From the sequence record MN101222.1: a stretch of 52,821 nt of DNA, one strand, 5' to 3'. Below the pieces are notes generated by a model. The model made no database searches. It saw nothing but the letters and a program-made list of their open reading frames with translations, and was not told the origin of the DNA. Source of the stretch: Klebsiella phage KMI8. The translations under genes were made by a program, and so were the position numbers. Below, piece after piece: positions 19,001 to 28,378 of this stretch (its first letter is position 1; each line of letters starts with the position of its first letter).

Positions 19001-22000
19001 GGCGGAGGCTGGCGAAAAAGCAGGGCAAGCGATTGATGACGCGCAAGGGGCGCTAAATGAATCAATCAAGAACGCTGGAAACATCGACGCATTAGGAAAC
19101 GCGGTTATCGAAAACGCGCAAAGCCAAAGCGAGATGTACATCCACTTTGAAAAGGAGAACGGCGATCGTAAGGCGGAATACGATCAGGCAGTAACTATGG
19201 TTGTTAACGAGCAGGAAGCAAGGGTTGAGCAGGTGGAAAGGCTGCGCGTAGAAATGGGCGACAGCATCACCGCCAGCAACACGGAGCTGAAGCAAGCAAT
19301 CGCAACCGAAACGGAAGCGCGAGCAACGCAGATGAACCAGCTTACAGCAACCATGAATGAAAAGTTCACGGCAACCGATAAGCAGTGGCGCGAAGCAGTA
19401 GCCAACGAAGAGCAAGCCAGGGTATCGGCAATCGGCGAAATGAAGGCGCAAGTTGATAAGGATATTGCAGCGACCAGCAAGACGCTAACCGAAGCAATCG
19501 CAACCGAAACCGAAGCAAGGATTCAGGCGATTAACGAGCTTGAAGCTAAGATCGGCGACGGCGTGGAGGCAGACTTGACGGAGGTCAAGAAGGCAATCGC
19601 AACAGAAACGGAAGCGCGCGTTGAAGGAGATAGGCGGATTGAGGCGAAATTCGACAAGGGTTTAAGCGACTCAAACGCAAAAATTACCGCCAACGAAAAG
19701 GCCATAGCAGAAGAAGGGAAAGCGAGAACGGAGCAATACAACCAGCTTAAGGCGACGGTTGATAGCAACAAGAAAAATACCGATGCGAGCATTACGCGAC
19801 TTGATACGGCGATTGCGGATGAAACAAAGGCCCGCGTTAGTCAGTACAATGAGCTTAAGGCCAGCATCGAAAAGAATGATAAGGATATCAACGCGAAGGT
19901 AGACGCCAGCGTTAAAACGCTAACCGAAGCAATCGCGACAGAAGAGGCTGCAAGAGTCAAGCAGTACAACGAGCTTAACGCAAAAGTTGACAGCAACAAG
20001 AAGGCAACGGATGCGGCAATCTCTGAGTTAACGGAAGTGGTCGCTACTGATCGGGAAGCAAGCGCCAGCAAGATCACGGAGCTAACCGCCAGTGTTAACG
20101 CAGTAGCGGAAGGTGTGGTTGAGAACGCTTTAGCCAACGACAAAACAAGCCGAGAATCAGCGGCTGGAATCAAGGAGGTTCGTGAGGTAATCGCAAACGA
20201 GACTGAAGCAAGGGCGGAAATGATGACTCAGTTACAAACATCATTCGACGCAGAGATCGGGAAGGTTAACGCGAGCGTTACCAACTTGAGCCAGGCTATC
20301 AGTGACGAGCAAGGCGCTAGAGTTCAGCAGTACAACGAGCTTAAGGCGAGCATTGAGGGGCAGGATTTCAAAACAGAATCCTATTACTACTCACTAAGCC
20401 AAGCCATAAGCACCGAGAAAGAGTCGCGAGTTAAGCAGTACGAAGAGCTTAACGCAAAACTTGAATCCGGTCAGGGTGGTACTGATGCGGCGATTAAGAA
20501 CTTGCAGGAAGCGATCGCCAACGAGGAACAGGCGCGAGTTAAGGCAGTAAGCGATCTTGACGCCAACATGAAAACGGAGTTCGGAAAAACAAACGCCAAC
20601 GTCAAGACAGTTAGCGACGCACTGGCAGAAGAGAAGCAGGTTAGAGCGCAGCAGTATACGGAGCTAAACGGGAAGATTACCGCGACAGACAAAGAGCTAG
20701 CAGCACAGGTTAAGCGTCTGGATACGGCAATCGCCACGGAAAAGGAAGCGCGCGCAGAGCAGTACAACCAGCTTAAAGCAACGGTAGACGCCAACAAGAA
20801 AACGGCGGACGCCAACTATCAGGAGAACAAAACAGCGATCTCAAACGAGACGCAAGCAAGAGTTAAGGCAGTAAGCGACCTTGACGCGAGCATGAAATCC
20901 GAGTTCGGCAAGACTAACGCGAACGTTAAAACGGTATCGGATGCACTAGCGGAAGAAACCAAAGTTCGGGCGCAGCAGTACACCGAATTGAACGGCAAGA
21001 TCACGACAGCGGGAACGGAAAACGCAGCGCAGATTAAACGCCTTGATGAAGCAATCGCGGAAGAGAAGCAGTCCCGCACTACTCAATACAACGCCCTGAA
21101 GGCCACGGTTGAGAAAAACGACAAGGACATTAACACCAAAGTTGATGCCAACGTTAAGCAGTTAACGGAAGCTATCGCCACCGAGGAAGCGGCAAGGGTT
21201 AAGCAGTACAACGAGCTTAAGGCAACGGTAGACAGCAACAAAAAAGCGGTTGACGCTGCAATCACTGAAATGAACGAAGTGATTGCTACTGAGAAGGAGG
21301 CCACCGCAAGCAAGATTACCGACTTGACCGCAAGCATGGGGGCAACTGGCGAGGCGGCATTGGAAAACGCATTAGCCAACGACCAAGAGTCTCGACGCCG
21401 GGAAGCGCAATATCGTAACGTGGTGGAAGTTATCGCCAACGAAACGCAAACGCGAGTCACTCAGATGGAGCAGCTAACAGCGATGTTTGCAGCGGGAGAG
21501 GCTAGGGCAGCAGGGCAGATTACTAACTTGCAGGAGGTGATCACTAACGAAAAAGAGGCGAACGCCAAGCAGTTTACGGAGATTGACGCCAAGTTTGAGA
21601 ATGTGGATTTTTACGCTAACGCGAATTACTCCAAGCTAAACCAGGCTATAGCGAGCGAGACGGAAGCGAGAATCAAGCAATACGAAGAGCTTAAGGCCAG
21701 CATCGGCGACGATATCCAGGGCGAGATTAACAATCTACAGCAGGCTATCGCAGACGAAACAAAAGCCAGAACACAAGCGATTCAGAATCTTGACGCGAAG
21801 TTTAACACCGAGATCGGCAAGACGAACGCGAGCGTTAAAACGGTATCCGATGCACTGGCTACCGAAAAACAATCGACGGCGCAGCGGTTCACGGATGTTA
21901 ACGCCAAAGTTGACGGACTGGAGAAGTCAACTAACGCTTCAGTTAAGCGACTGGATGAGGCAATCGCCACGGAGACGGAAGCGAGATCGCAGCAGTATAC

Positions 22001-22682
22001 GGGATTGAGCGCCACCGTTAACAAGAATAATACGGACATTAACAAGAAGGTTGACGATAAAGACGCGGCTATCAACAAAAAGGTTAATGACAACAACACC
22101 GCCATTAACACAAAGGTTGATGCGAACTACAAACAGCTAAACACCGCGATCGCGGATGAGACGCAGGCCAGGACGCAGGCAATCACAAGGCTGGAATCGT
22201 CAATCGGTAGTAACGCGGCAGCACTGGAAAACAAGCTTGACTCATGGAGCGACGTTAACTCAGTGGGCGCAATGTATAGCGTTAAGTTGGGCCTCAAGTA
22301 CCAGGGCAGGCAGTATCAAGCCGGGATGAACATGCAGCTAGTAGGAAGCGGCTCAAATGTTAAATCTCAGATACTTTTCCAGGCTGACAGATTCGCTATC
22401 ATGGATGCCAATAATAACGGGAAATATCCTTTCCTTGTTGATGGTAATCAGGTCTATATGCAGGATGCACTAATCAAGGACGGCTCGATCTCGAACGCAA
22501 AGATCGGGAACGAGATAAAATCGAACAACTTTGTTTGGGACTCTCAAGGATGGGGTTTAAGCAAAGAGGGCTGGTTCCAGATGAATGGTCAAGCAGGAGG
22601 TGGTAGGACGTTGATTAATCAGAACGGAGTTCAGGTATTCGACGGCAACAATAGATTGAGGGTTAGATTAGGATTGTGGTAA
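16062..22682 (+). CDS. Central tail tip/host specificity protein J-like, with very long repetitive coiled-coil region and DUF1983-like C-terminus
   Basis: 2206 aa; start MSKVITAMGKGGSSTPRQPKEMPDNLISKDRIKLLLAVADGEV typical of J; C-terminal SDVNSVGAMYSVKL...ILFQADRFAIMD... Confidence 0.93.
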   Translation: MSKVITAMGKGGSSTPRQPKEMPDNLISKDRIKLLLAVADGEVEDDFNLKQLMFGGVPVQNESGEFNYPDVIAEFRPGTQTQDFIQGFTESSSEVTVARDVKANQPYSLTVTNKNLSAIRFRLLWPRVLQQKDNGDMVGSKVEYAFDMAVDGAAFKEVLRDNIDGKNTTGGYDRSIRINLPQDFTNQVILRVRRITPDADGVKTVDAFKVQSYAEVIDARFRYPLTALLYVEFDSDLFENNIPTISINKKWKIIQVPSNYSPITRTYNGTWDGTFKWAWSNNPAWVLYDLITNQRYGLDQRELGIPVDKWSLYEVAQYCDQMVPDNKGGEEPRYLCDMVVQDQVEAYRLIRDVCSIFRGMSFYNGESISIVVDKPRNPVYLFTNDNVIDGYFGYTFASEKSMYTTVNVMFDDEENAYTQDVEPVYDAVASRRFGHNPTDITAIGCVRRTEANRRGRWIIKTNLRSETVNFATGLQGMIPTCGDVIQVLDPHYQSNYGLILNGRLSEVAGLQVFVPMKTDAKAGDFIIVNKPDGAPVKRTIASVSKDGLTLTLNVGFGFDVEPDAVFAIERTDLAMKLYVVMSIAKGSDEEEFQYNISAVEYNPGKYDEIDYGVITDERPTSIIEPDAMPAPENVVIDSFSRVVQGLSLETMVVGWSKVRYASVYEMQWRKDGGNWLNTPRTATTETQVEGIYSGVYEVRVRAINAGGVASPWSEIVAKSLTGKVGKPKAPTGIVASDNEVLGIRVKWSMPEGSGDTAYIELHQSPDNNDANSSLLTMVPYPAHEYWHSTLRSGQVVWYKARAVDRIGNVSDWTKLARGMATDDVDQIMDTIRIEIEGTDGYKELVKDIFETNERIDEAEKTIAKVDTDAKQGITEAKNDAAEAKNRAEEVNTTAQKGINEAKAAAKAADDHATQVGKDAAAGLAEANAKTDQVRKDAEQGITEAKNDAKAAKDEALRVEKKADKGIAEAKDDAKKASDAAAEAGEKAGQAIDDAQGALNESIKNAGNIDALGNAVIENAQSQSEMYIHFEKENGDRKAEYDQAVTMVVNEQEARVEQVERLRVEMGDSITASNTELKQAIATETEARATQMNQLTATMNEKFTATDKQWREAVANEEQARVSAIGEMKAQVDKDIAATSKTLTEAIATETEARIQAINELEAKIGDGVEADLTEVKKAIATETEARVEGDRRIEAKFDKGLSDSNAKITANEKAIAEEGKARTEQYNQLKATVDSNKKNTDASITRLDTAIADETKARVSQYNELKASIEKNDKDINAKVDASVKTLTEAIATEEAARVKQYNELNAKVDSNKKATDAAISELTEVVATDREASASKITELTASVNAVAEGVVENALANDKTSRESAAGIKEVREVIANETEARAEMMTQLQTSFDAEIGKVNASVTNLSQAISDEQGARVQQYNELKASIEGQDFKTESYYYSLSQAISTEKESRVKQYEELNAKLESGQGGTDAAIKNLQEAIANEEQARVKAVSDLDANMKTEFGKTNANVKTVSDALAEEKQVRAQQYTELNGKITATDKELAAQVKRLDTAIATEKEARAEQYNQLKATVDANKKTADANYQENKTAISNETQARVKAVSDLDASMKSEFGKTNANVKTVSDALAEETKVRAQQYTELNGKITTAGTENAAQIKRLDEAIAEEKQSRTTQYNALKATVEKNDKDINTKVDANVKQLTEAIATEEAARVKQYNELKATVDSNKKAVDAAITEMNEVIATEKEATASKITDLTASMGATGEAALENALANDQESRRREAQYRNVVEVIANETQTRVTQMEQLTAMFAAGEARAAGQITNLQEVITNEKEANAKQFTEIDAKFENVDFYANANYSKLNQAIASETEARIKQYEELKASIGDDIQGEINNLQQAIADETKARTQAIQNLDAKFNTEIGKTNASVKTVSDALATEKQSTAQRFTDVNAKVDGLEKSTNASVKRLDEAIATETEARSQQYTGLSATVNKNNTDINKKVDDKDAAINKKVNDNNTAINTKVDANYKQLNTAIADETQARTQAITRLESSIGSNAAALENKLDSWSDVNSVGAMYSVKLGLKYQGRQYQAGMNMQLVGSGSNVKSQILFQADRFAIMDANNNGKYPFLVDGNQVYMQDALIKDGSISNAKIGNEIKSNNFVWDSQGWGLSKEGWFQMNGQAGGGRTLINQNGVQVFDGNNRLRVRLGLW
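18540..22250 (+). repeat. Degenerate tandem protein-coding repeats inside the J-like gene
   Basis: repeated modules such as AIATETEARxxQYNELKAxVDxNKKxTDAxI and EAKNDAKAAKDEA. Confidence 0.8.
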
Positions 22683-22683
22683 T

Positions 22684-22715
22684 AAAAAAGGCTCCCATTC
22701 GGGAGCCTTTCTTTT
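22684..22715. terminator. Bidirectional terminator between J-like and Cor-like genes
   Basis: AAAAAAGGCTCCC-ATTC-GGGAGCCTTTCTTTT. Confidence 0.85.
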
Positions 22716-23031
22716 AGCTGGTGAAGAATCGGTTTGGCTGGCGGGCAAGCATGTTAGTTTCGATACCCCCACGGTTAAACTCAAACTTCACGTTGTGGAT
22801 CTCCTTATCGCCGTAACAGATCCGATGAATATTTTTGTTAATGTGACGCTTAAAAATAGGATTGCTCACTGACTGGTAAGAAACCTCTCGACTATTGCAA
22901 TCAACTACGGCCTCTACGCTACCACTAAGCGACATTCTCGAAGCATCCACCGGATAGCCTACGTTAGAATTGAAGGCCATGGCGCTTGTTGTGGTTGCCA
23001 TTAAGGCCATAGCAAAAAATAACTTTTTCAT
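22714..23031 (-). CDS. Small secreted protein; positional candidate for Cor-type superinfection exclusion
   Basis: signal peptide MKKLFFAMALMATTTSAMA, AAGGAG RBS, opposite strand between J and tail fibre as cor in T1-like phages; two Cys. Confidence 0.5.
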   Translation of the reverse strand: MKKLFFAMALMATTTSAMAFNSNVGYPVDASRMSLSGSVEAVVDCNSREVSYQSVSNPIFKRHINKNIHRICYGDKEIHNVKFEFNRGGIETNMLARQPNRFFTS

Positions 23032-23042
23032 ATCATAACTCC

Positions 23043-23699
23043 TTAGTTGTGTCCTAAGAACTTAGCATAAGGGATAACCATTTGCCTGGATTCACTAAAA
23101 ATGCTATTAAACCCCCTTTGCTTTAACTTAGACCATGTAACTTGAACCTCCGAACCAGTCCAACGAATCAGGGCGCCGCTATGCCCTGAAACTATACCAT
23201 CCGTACTGCAAGACCCTATGCAAGCCTCCCATAATATAAATGGATTGTATCCTGGGTTAACCGAAACAATGTTGTTTTCAAGATCATAACCAGCATCTAT
23301 GGCGATGGTTCCGGTTACTCGCGGCATCCTTGAGGCGCTCTTCGCGCTCCATATTAAAGTCCCTGATCCATCATAAACATCAAGGTATCCGCTCTCAGGC
23401 CTTATATTTCTGTTAGTCCTTATTATCCTTGCGCTGTTTGGCTTGAACAAACTTTCACCGGGGAAAGCCCACGCTCCAGGTTGCGTAAACTGTATCCAGT
23501 GAAGAAATCCATCCCTACGATCTAGATCTGTTCTTGCTGGATAGCCAAGATCGACAACGTTTCCGAATTTTGTGCTGAAATTCCAATCTCCCGTATATCC
23601 CACATCCATATTATACATGTGATCAAAAATTGTGTGTGACTGTTCGGAGCTAATGATTAGCCCGCCCCACTGATTATATGCTTCAAATCCAACTCCCAT
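23043..23699 (-). CDS. Hypothetical protein, 218 aa, in Cor-like block
   Basis: AAGGGGG RBS before ATG; beta-rich sequence, no secure homology. Confidence 0.6.
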   Translation of the reverse strand: MGVGFEAYNQWGGLIISSEQSHTIFDHMYNMDVGYTGDWNFSTKFGNVVDLGYPARTDLDRRDGFLHWIQFTQPGAWAFPGESLFKPNSARIIRTNRNIRPESGYLDVYDGSGTLIWSAKSASRMPRVTGTIAIDAGYDLENNIVSVNPGYNPFILWEACIGSCSTDGIVSGHSGALIRWTGSEVQVTWSKLKQRGFNSIFSESRQMVIPYAKFLGHN

Positions 23700-23712
23700 C
23701 TTTGCCCCCTTA

Positions 23713-24021
23713 TCAGAAAAAAGAATAGACCTCTACGTCTATGTTTATCTCCATCGTCCTATCTTCCGGGAGATACATAACCTTAAATCCGTCATTTGTG
23801 GTTATCGCCGCATACTCAGTGTTAATAGAGTTTTGCAGGCTTCCCTCAGTCCACATTATCGCCGCAAATGAATTGGTTCCGTTTACTCCTGGGATGTGAG
23901 TAAAAACGTTGTTGCTACCGTTAGGCATGTGAACGCGATAGCGCCCAACAAATCGAGTGCTAAAGTCCCCTATGTCAACAACAATGTTACCGTTTTCATC
24001 CCATGCTTGCATACCTTGCAT
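23713..24021 (-). CDS. Hypothetical tail-associated small protein
   Basis: AAGGGGG upstream of internal ATG (MQGMQAWDENGNIVVD...). Confidence 0.6.
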   Translation of the reverse strand: MQGMQAWDENGNIVVDIGDFSTRFVGRYRVHMPNGSNNVFTHIPGVNGTNSFAAIMWTEGSLQNSINTEYAAITTNDGFKVMYLPEDRTMEINIDVEVYSFF

Positions 24022-24114
24022 GATGACCCCCTTTGATTTATTAAATTGCGTTGCCATTATACCATTATGGCGCTATGATACCAGGTGAATATTAACCACA
24101 TAGGAGATTGCGTA

Positions 24115-26007
24115 ATGGCAACTTACAAAGTAGGCAAAGTAAAAATCAATGGCAATGGCCTGATGACTGGTACAGGAACTAACTGGACGGCGGCAAACGC
24201 TCTTGTTCGCGTTGGTGCAACCGTTGTCCTGTCAACTAACCCGGTCAGGATTTACACGGTCGGCTCTATCATTTCGGCAACCTCAATCCAGCTTTCAGAT
24301 TGGGGATCGGATGCCGCGATCACGACCGATACAAACTATTCGATCCTGCTTCATGATGGCTTGACGGTTCAGGGGCTGGCGCAAGACACCGCCGAAACTC
24401 TCCGTTACTACCGGAACTTTGAGCAGACATTAGGCGACGCGTCGAAGCTTAACGTTGGCGAGGCTCCAGGTAATTTGATGAAGGTTGGCGCTTTTGGCCT
24501 GGGTGGAAAAGGTAAAACAATTCCTCAGAAAGCCACTGGCAATGAGCTAATGAAATCTCTTAGAGATATCGGTTGCACATGGTGGCGAGCGCCAGCACTT
24601 AGCAATCCGGCTGATTCTGTTCAGATCTACGGTCACGGATCTGGATTCTTCAGCTACTGCGGCGACACGATGGCGGCGATTAACGTTGACTATTCAACTG
24701 GTAAAATGATCGTATTGTCAAGCAATGAAGGCGCGATTAACGGCGGTAATGAGCCGAAAAAAGTAAACGTATTCAGTACGGCGCAGCTACCAGACATTAA
24801 CAACGATACAACCGGGCGACTGGCGATATCAAGCGGCGGAACTGGTGCGAATAGTGCCGATGGAGCGCTTAAGAATTTGGGTGTAAAAAGCTACATTCCA
24901 GTGTTATCAACGCCAACAATTAACGATGCTGATACATGGCTTGAGATCGGATCTATTATTGACTCAGGTCAAGGAGGTGGGTATGTTCAATTCCTTGTTG
25001 GTGGCGTAGTTGGTTATGGATCTTCTAGAATGGATTCCATGATAGTTACTTTTAGCGCGAGAACCATATCCACCGCATGGAATAATGGAAACCTAAGAAC
25101 GGTTGTCACGATAAAGAGGATTACTGGAGCTAGTCAGACTCAGTTACCAGGCGTTGAGGTTGGGCTTACTCAGGTTAACTCTAATACATATCGTGTTTAC
25201 CTGAAGGTTCCGCGATACACTGGAGAGATAAAGCTAACTCAGATTGCCAGCACTGGATGGGATAATCGGCAGTTTTTTAGAGGTTGGTTTGCTCTTGAAA
25301 CTGATTCTATAGCTAACCAGTTAAAGGCAGAGCCAGCGGGGATTAAATATGTTTCTCCTGATGTTATTTACGACGACTGGAACTCAGTAACAAGAGACTT
25401 TGCAGCAAAGAGCCTTGCAGCAAACAACAATGGAGACGCCAACGTTTACATTAATAGAGCGAGGTTAAGATCAACATCAAATAACGGTAACTTAGTAATC
25501 GGAACTGATTCGGGTGATGCGCCAGAAGGTACGACAGAAGCAACCCCGGCAAGCGTCTACATTCGACAGGCGGGGCATTTGAATAGCAAGGTGCAAACTC
25601 AGTTTTTGCCAAATGGTAACGTTCAGTCAACCGGGCATTTTCAAGGGGCATCTGACGTTAGGCTTAAAACTAACTTTAAGCCAATTAAAAACCCACTGGA
25701 TTCAATGATGAAGTTTAGGGGGGCTACTTTCAAGATGATTAACGGCGGTTCCGACGCTGTGGGTATAATCGCTCAAGACATTAACGAAGAATGCCCGCAG
25801 GCAATACAGCGTTTTGAAACTGAGGTTAACGGTGAAGTGATAAAAGATGCTATGGCTGTCAACTCTTCAGGTTTTGCGGCGGCGTACAGCGTTGAGGCAA
25901 TGAAGGAAGTTGTTAAGCTGATGGATTTGATGCTTGAAGATCCTGAAGCGGCTAGCGCACGAATCAAGGCGCTGAAGGCCATGATTAACGATGAGTTACC
26001 GGAGTAA
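24115..26007 (+). CDS. Tail fibre/spike with intramolecular chaperone (peptidase S74-like) C-terminus
   Basis: AGGAG RBS before ATG 24115; C-terminal SDVRLKTNFKPI...FKMINGGSDAVGIIAQDINEECPQAI...AYSVEAMKEVVK. Confidence 0.88.
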   Translation: MATYKVGKVKINGNGLMTGTGTNWTAANALVRVGATVVLSTNPVRIYTVGSIISATSIQLSDWGSDAAITTDTNYSILLHDGLTVQGLAQDTAETLRYYRNFEQTLGDASKLNVGEAPGNLMKVGAFGLGGKGKTIPQKATGNELMKSLRDIGCTWWRAPALSNPADSVQIYGHGSGFFSYCGDTMAAINVDYSTGKMIVLSSNEGAINGGNEPKKVNVFSTAQLPDINNDTTGRLAISSGGTGANSADGALKNLGVKSYIPVLSTPTINDADTWLEIGSIIDSGQGGGYVQFLVGGVVGYGSSRMDSMIVTFSARTISTAWNNGNLRTVVTIKRITGASQTQLPGVEVGLTQVNSNTYRVYLKVPRYTGEIKLTQIASTGWDNRQFFRGWFALETDSIANQLKAEPAGIKYVSPDVIYDDWNSVTRDFAAKSLAANNNGDANVYINRARLRSTSNNGNLVIGTDSGDAPEGTTEATPASVYIRQAGHLNSKVQTQFLPNGNVQSTGHFQGASDVRLKTNFKPIKNPLDSMMKFRGATFKMINGGSDAVGIIAQDINEECPQAIQRFETEVNGEVIKDAMAVNSSGFAAAYSVEAMKEVVKLMDLMLEDPEAASARIKALKAMINDELPE

Positions 26008-26038
26008 AAGAAAAGGAGCCGAAAGGCTCCTTTTTTAT
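26008..26038. terminator. Bidirectional terminator between tail fibre and ssb
   Basis: AAAAGGAGCC-GAAA-GGCTCCTTTTTTATT. Confidence 0.85.
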
Positions 26039-26048
26039 TGGGTGAAAA

Positions 26049-26489
26049 TCAGAATGGGATATCGTCGTCAAAGTCCATTGACTGATTGCCTTGCGGCTTG
26101 CTGTTCTGGCGTGGTTGCTGGTTGCCTTGCGGTTGCTGTGGTTGGCCCCATCCGCCGCCCTGCTGCGATTGCCCGCCCCCCTGGCTCATCGACACAACCT
26201 CGCGGGCAATGATAACAGGCATTGATTTTTGCACGCCGTCTTTGTCCCACGTCTCAAGAACGAATTCACCGGACACAACAACCTGTGATCCTTTCTTAAC
26301 CGTCTGTTCAAGAACCTTACAGAATCCTTCGCTTAACACCTTCACGGTTAACCATGAGGTCTTTTTGTAGTCACCGTAACCTTGCACCGCCGCGATGCTG
26401 AATGAGCCAATTTGCTTGCCGTTGCCAGTGGTGCGGATCTCGAAATCTTTCCCGGCGTTACCGGATACGGTGATGTTGTTAATAGCCAT
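26049..26489 (-). CDS. ssb: Single-stranded DNA-binding protein
   Basis: MAINNITVSGNAGKDFEIRTTGNGKQIGSFSIAA OB fold and acidic tip DFDDDIPF. Confidence 0.95.
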   Translation of the reverse strand: MAINNITVSGNAGKDFEIRTTGNGKQIGSFSIAAVQGYGDYKKTSWLTVKVLSEGFCKVLEQTVKKGSQVVVSGEFVLETWDKDGVQKSMPVIIAREVVSMSQGGGQSQQGGGWGQPQQPQGNQQPRQNSKPQGNQSMDFDDDIPF

Positions 26490-26511
26490 GATTTAGTTTC
26501 CTATAGGTAAT

Positions 26512-26535
26512 AAAAAACGGGCCGAAGCCCGTTAT
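26512..26535 (-). terminator. Terminator between erf-like gene and ssb
   Basis: minus strand AACGGGC-TTCG-GCCCGTTTTTTATT. Confidence 0.8.
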
Positions 26536-26551
26536 TGGTTAATTGCCGATA

Positions 26552-27229
26552 TTAGAACTGACTAATATCTTGCGCTTCAGGTTTGGATTTTACACCATCA
26601 TTTGCTTCGTTGTCCACTGGTTGAGCAACGGCTTGCGGTTTATTTGGTTTGAATCCTTTGGCCTTGCCGATCGTAATTTCGGCCTTGCGCTTCTCATAGT
26701 GATCCTGGATGATTTTCTTGCTGGCGGCGTCACTATTACCCCAGGCCGCTTTTAGTGTTGCTTGCAGGTCTTCGGTTGTTTCACACTTATCAAGATCCTT
26801 TTTCCAGTCCTGGGCCGACTTGACAGCGATTTGTGCATCGTCATCCGCCTGGCTTAATCCGAAAATACCGCAAAGTGCATAACGGCGCGCATAGGTGAAT
26901 GCGGAACCAACGCCTTGAGCGTCACGCTTTGCAATAGGGATCGTGAAATAGTAGCAACGATATTCGCCGGACGAATGAATCAATTCGGTCACGATGTGCA
27001 TCACTTCGGCTGTACTTCCCGGCAACATGGATTGCTCAACAATAAGATCGTTATCGGTTAGTGACGGCCCGATCGCGTCAAGAACGCTATCAAGCGTCGC
27101 ATATTTATTTTTCAAGTGGGTATTAGTCCGATCCTTTTTGACCTTAACGAACTTTCCGCGCGCAGTCATTAAGGCGGATAGTAATTTGGATTGGCCTTCG
27201 GAACGGCTGATATTGATTACGTTTTCCAT
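26552..27229 (-). CDS. erf: ERF-family single-strand annealing recombinase
   Basis: KYATLDSVLDAIGPSLTDNDLIVEQ..., GSAFTYARRYALCGIFGLSQADDD. Confidence 0.92.
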   Translation of the reverse strand: MENVINISRSEGQSKLLSALMTARGKFVKVKKDRTNTHLKNKYATLDSVLDAIGPSLTDNDLIVEQSMLPGSTAEVMHIVTELIHSSGEYRCYYFTIPIAKRDAQGVGSAFTYARRYALCGIFGLSQADDDAQIAVKSAQDWKKDLDKCETTEDLQATLKAAWGNSDAASKKIIQDHYEKRKAEITIGKAKGFKPNKPQAVAQPVDNEANDGVKSKPEAQDISQF

Positions 27230-27285
27230 GATTATTTTCTCTCTGATTGGTGAAAGGCCACTATATCACAAGTGGCCCGTAAAAG

Positions 27286-28308
27286 TTAAGCGGTTTTATA
27301 AACTTGCGGGAACTGGCGCTTTACCCATTCCGGCGTATTGAGTACAACTTCACTTTCGCCGCCAGCGTATGAGGGCCATGTATCATGCTCAACGCACATT
27401 CTGAATTGATGGATTACGCTCATATACTGAATGCGGCCCACTGCAAGTTGCTGTTCGTCCAGGCGAAAGGCCATAGGTAAATAAGGCTCCTTCTTCTCCT
27501 GGGCCAGCAGGCGAACGATTACCGGGCGCGTTTCGCCGTACACCTTAACGAATAGGTCGCGCTGCAATGCCATTTTTAAATAATAGCCGTGGTTGAATGC
27601 CAGCCGATCGAATTCATTCGGGTTCGCGCTTTGTGTCGTCTTGTAGTCAGTGATAACGACAACTTCGGTTGGAACTCCGTCAATTTCAATCGTTACAACG
27701 TCAACGTGATCTAGACGAACCTTTACCTTCACTCCGTGAATCTCGCCGAACAGTGACAATTCACGTTGGGCGGTTGGGGAGTTCATGCAGGCGTTATGGC
27801 TGGCCTCATTCTCTAATACGCCGCGCATAGCAACGCACGCATCATAATCCTTTGCTTCGATTAGCTCCACGCCATCGGCTACGGCTTGCGATTGTTCGAT
27901 TAATCCAATCAGGTAGAGGATGTTTAATTCCTCTCCGCAATCGGCGTACATCTTCAGCAATTCGGGCCACTGCTTGCCGCTAGTCCCTATGATGCCGAAT
28001 GATTTAAGTTTTGCCGCAACCGCAGTTTGACTAGTTAGAACGTTCTTGATCTCTTCTGCTGGAGTGGCGCGGCGATAAGTCGCCTTGAACAATTCGCTAC
28101 TCTCAAAGTTAGTGTGAGATTGAGTACCGAAAATTAACGGCTTGCTATCGGTATTCTTGCTTTCGAATCGCCACGCCGCCGGACAGGTGGCATAAATCTT
28201 AGCCAGGCTTGAGCCTGATACGTACTCTGCGCACCATGATTTAGGATCGTGATAAGCATCGTTGCTTAGTTCGGCGCTGGTGAATGCCTTGAAAACTGAT
28301 TCTGTCAT
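27286..28308 (-). CDS. PD-(D/E)XK exonuclease (RecE/DUF3799-like)
   Basis: FGTQSHTNFESSE..., VKVRLDHVD...VVITDYKTTQSAN; next to ERF gene. Confidence 0.85.
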   Translation of the reverse strand: MTESVFKAFTSAELSNDAYHDPKSWCAEYVSGSSLAKIYATCPAAWRFESKNTDSKPLIFGTQSHTNFESSELFKATYRRATPAEEIKNVLTSQTAVAAKLKSFGIIGTSGKQWPELLKMYADCGEELNILYLIGLIEQSQAVADGVELIEAKDYDACVAMRGVLENEASHNACMNSPTAQRELSLFGEIHGVKVKVRLDHVDVVTIEIDGVPTEVVVITDYKTTQSANPNEFDRLAFNHGYYLKMALQRDLFVKVYGETRPVIVRLLAQEKKEPYLPMAFRLDEQQLAVGRIQYMSVIHQFRMCVEHDTWPSYAGGESEVVLNTPEWVKRQFPQVYKTA

Positions 28309-28335
28309 TGCTTCGTCCTCGTTGGTTGATGCGCA

Positions 28336-28378
28336 TATCTTACCAGGGATAGCGCCATTCGTTTAGCTTTTCGTGCTA
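28336..28378 (-). promoter_or_regulatory. Dispersed-motif promoter facing exonuclease/erf/ssb operon
   Basis: minus strand TAGCACGAAAAGCTA 28378-28364, 21 nt, TAAGAT. Confidence 0.55.

Noticed and set aside
18332-22111. Many antisense ORFs inside the J-like gene
   Set aside because: Their repetitive sequences (SSLYCLTLAASSVA...) mirror the coiled-coil repeat on the other strand; no start signals.
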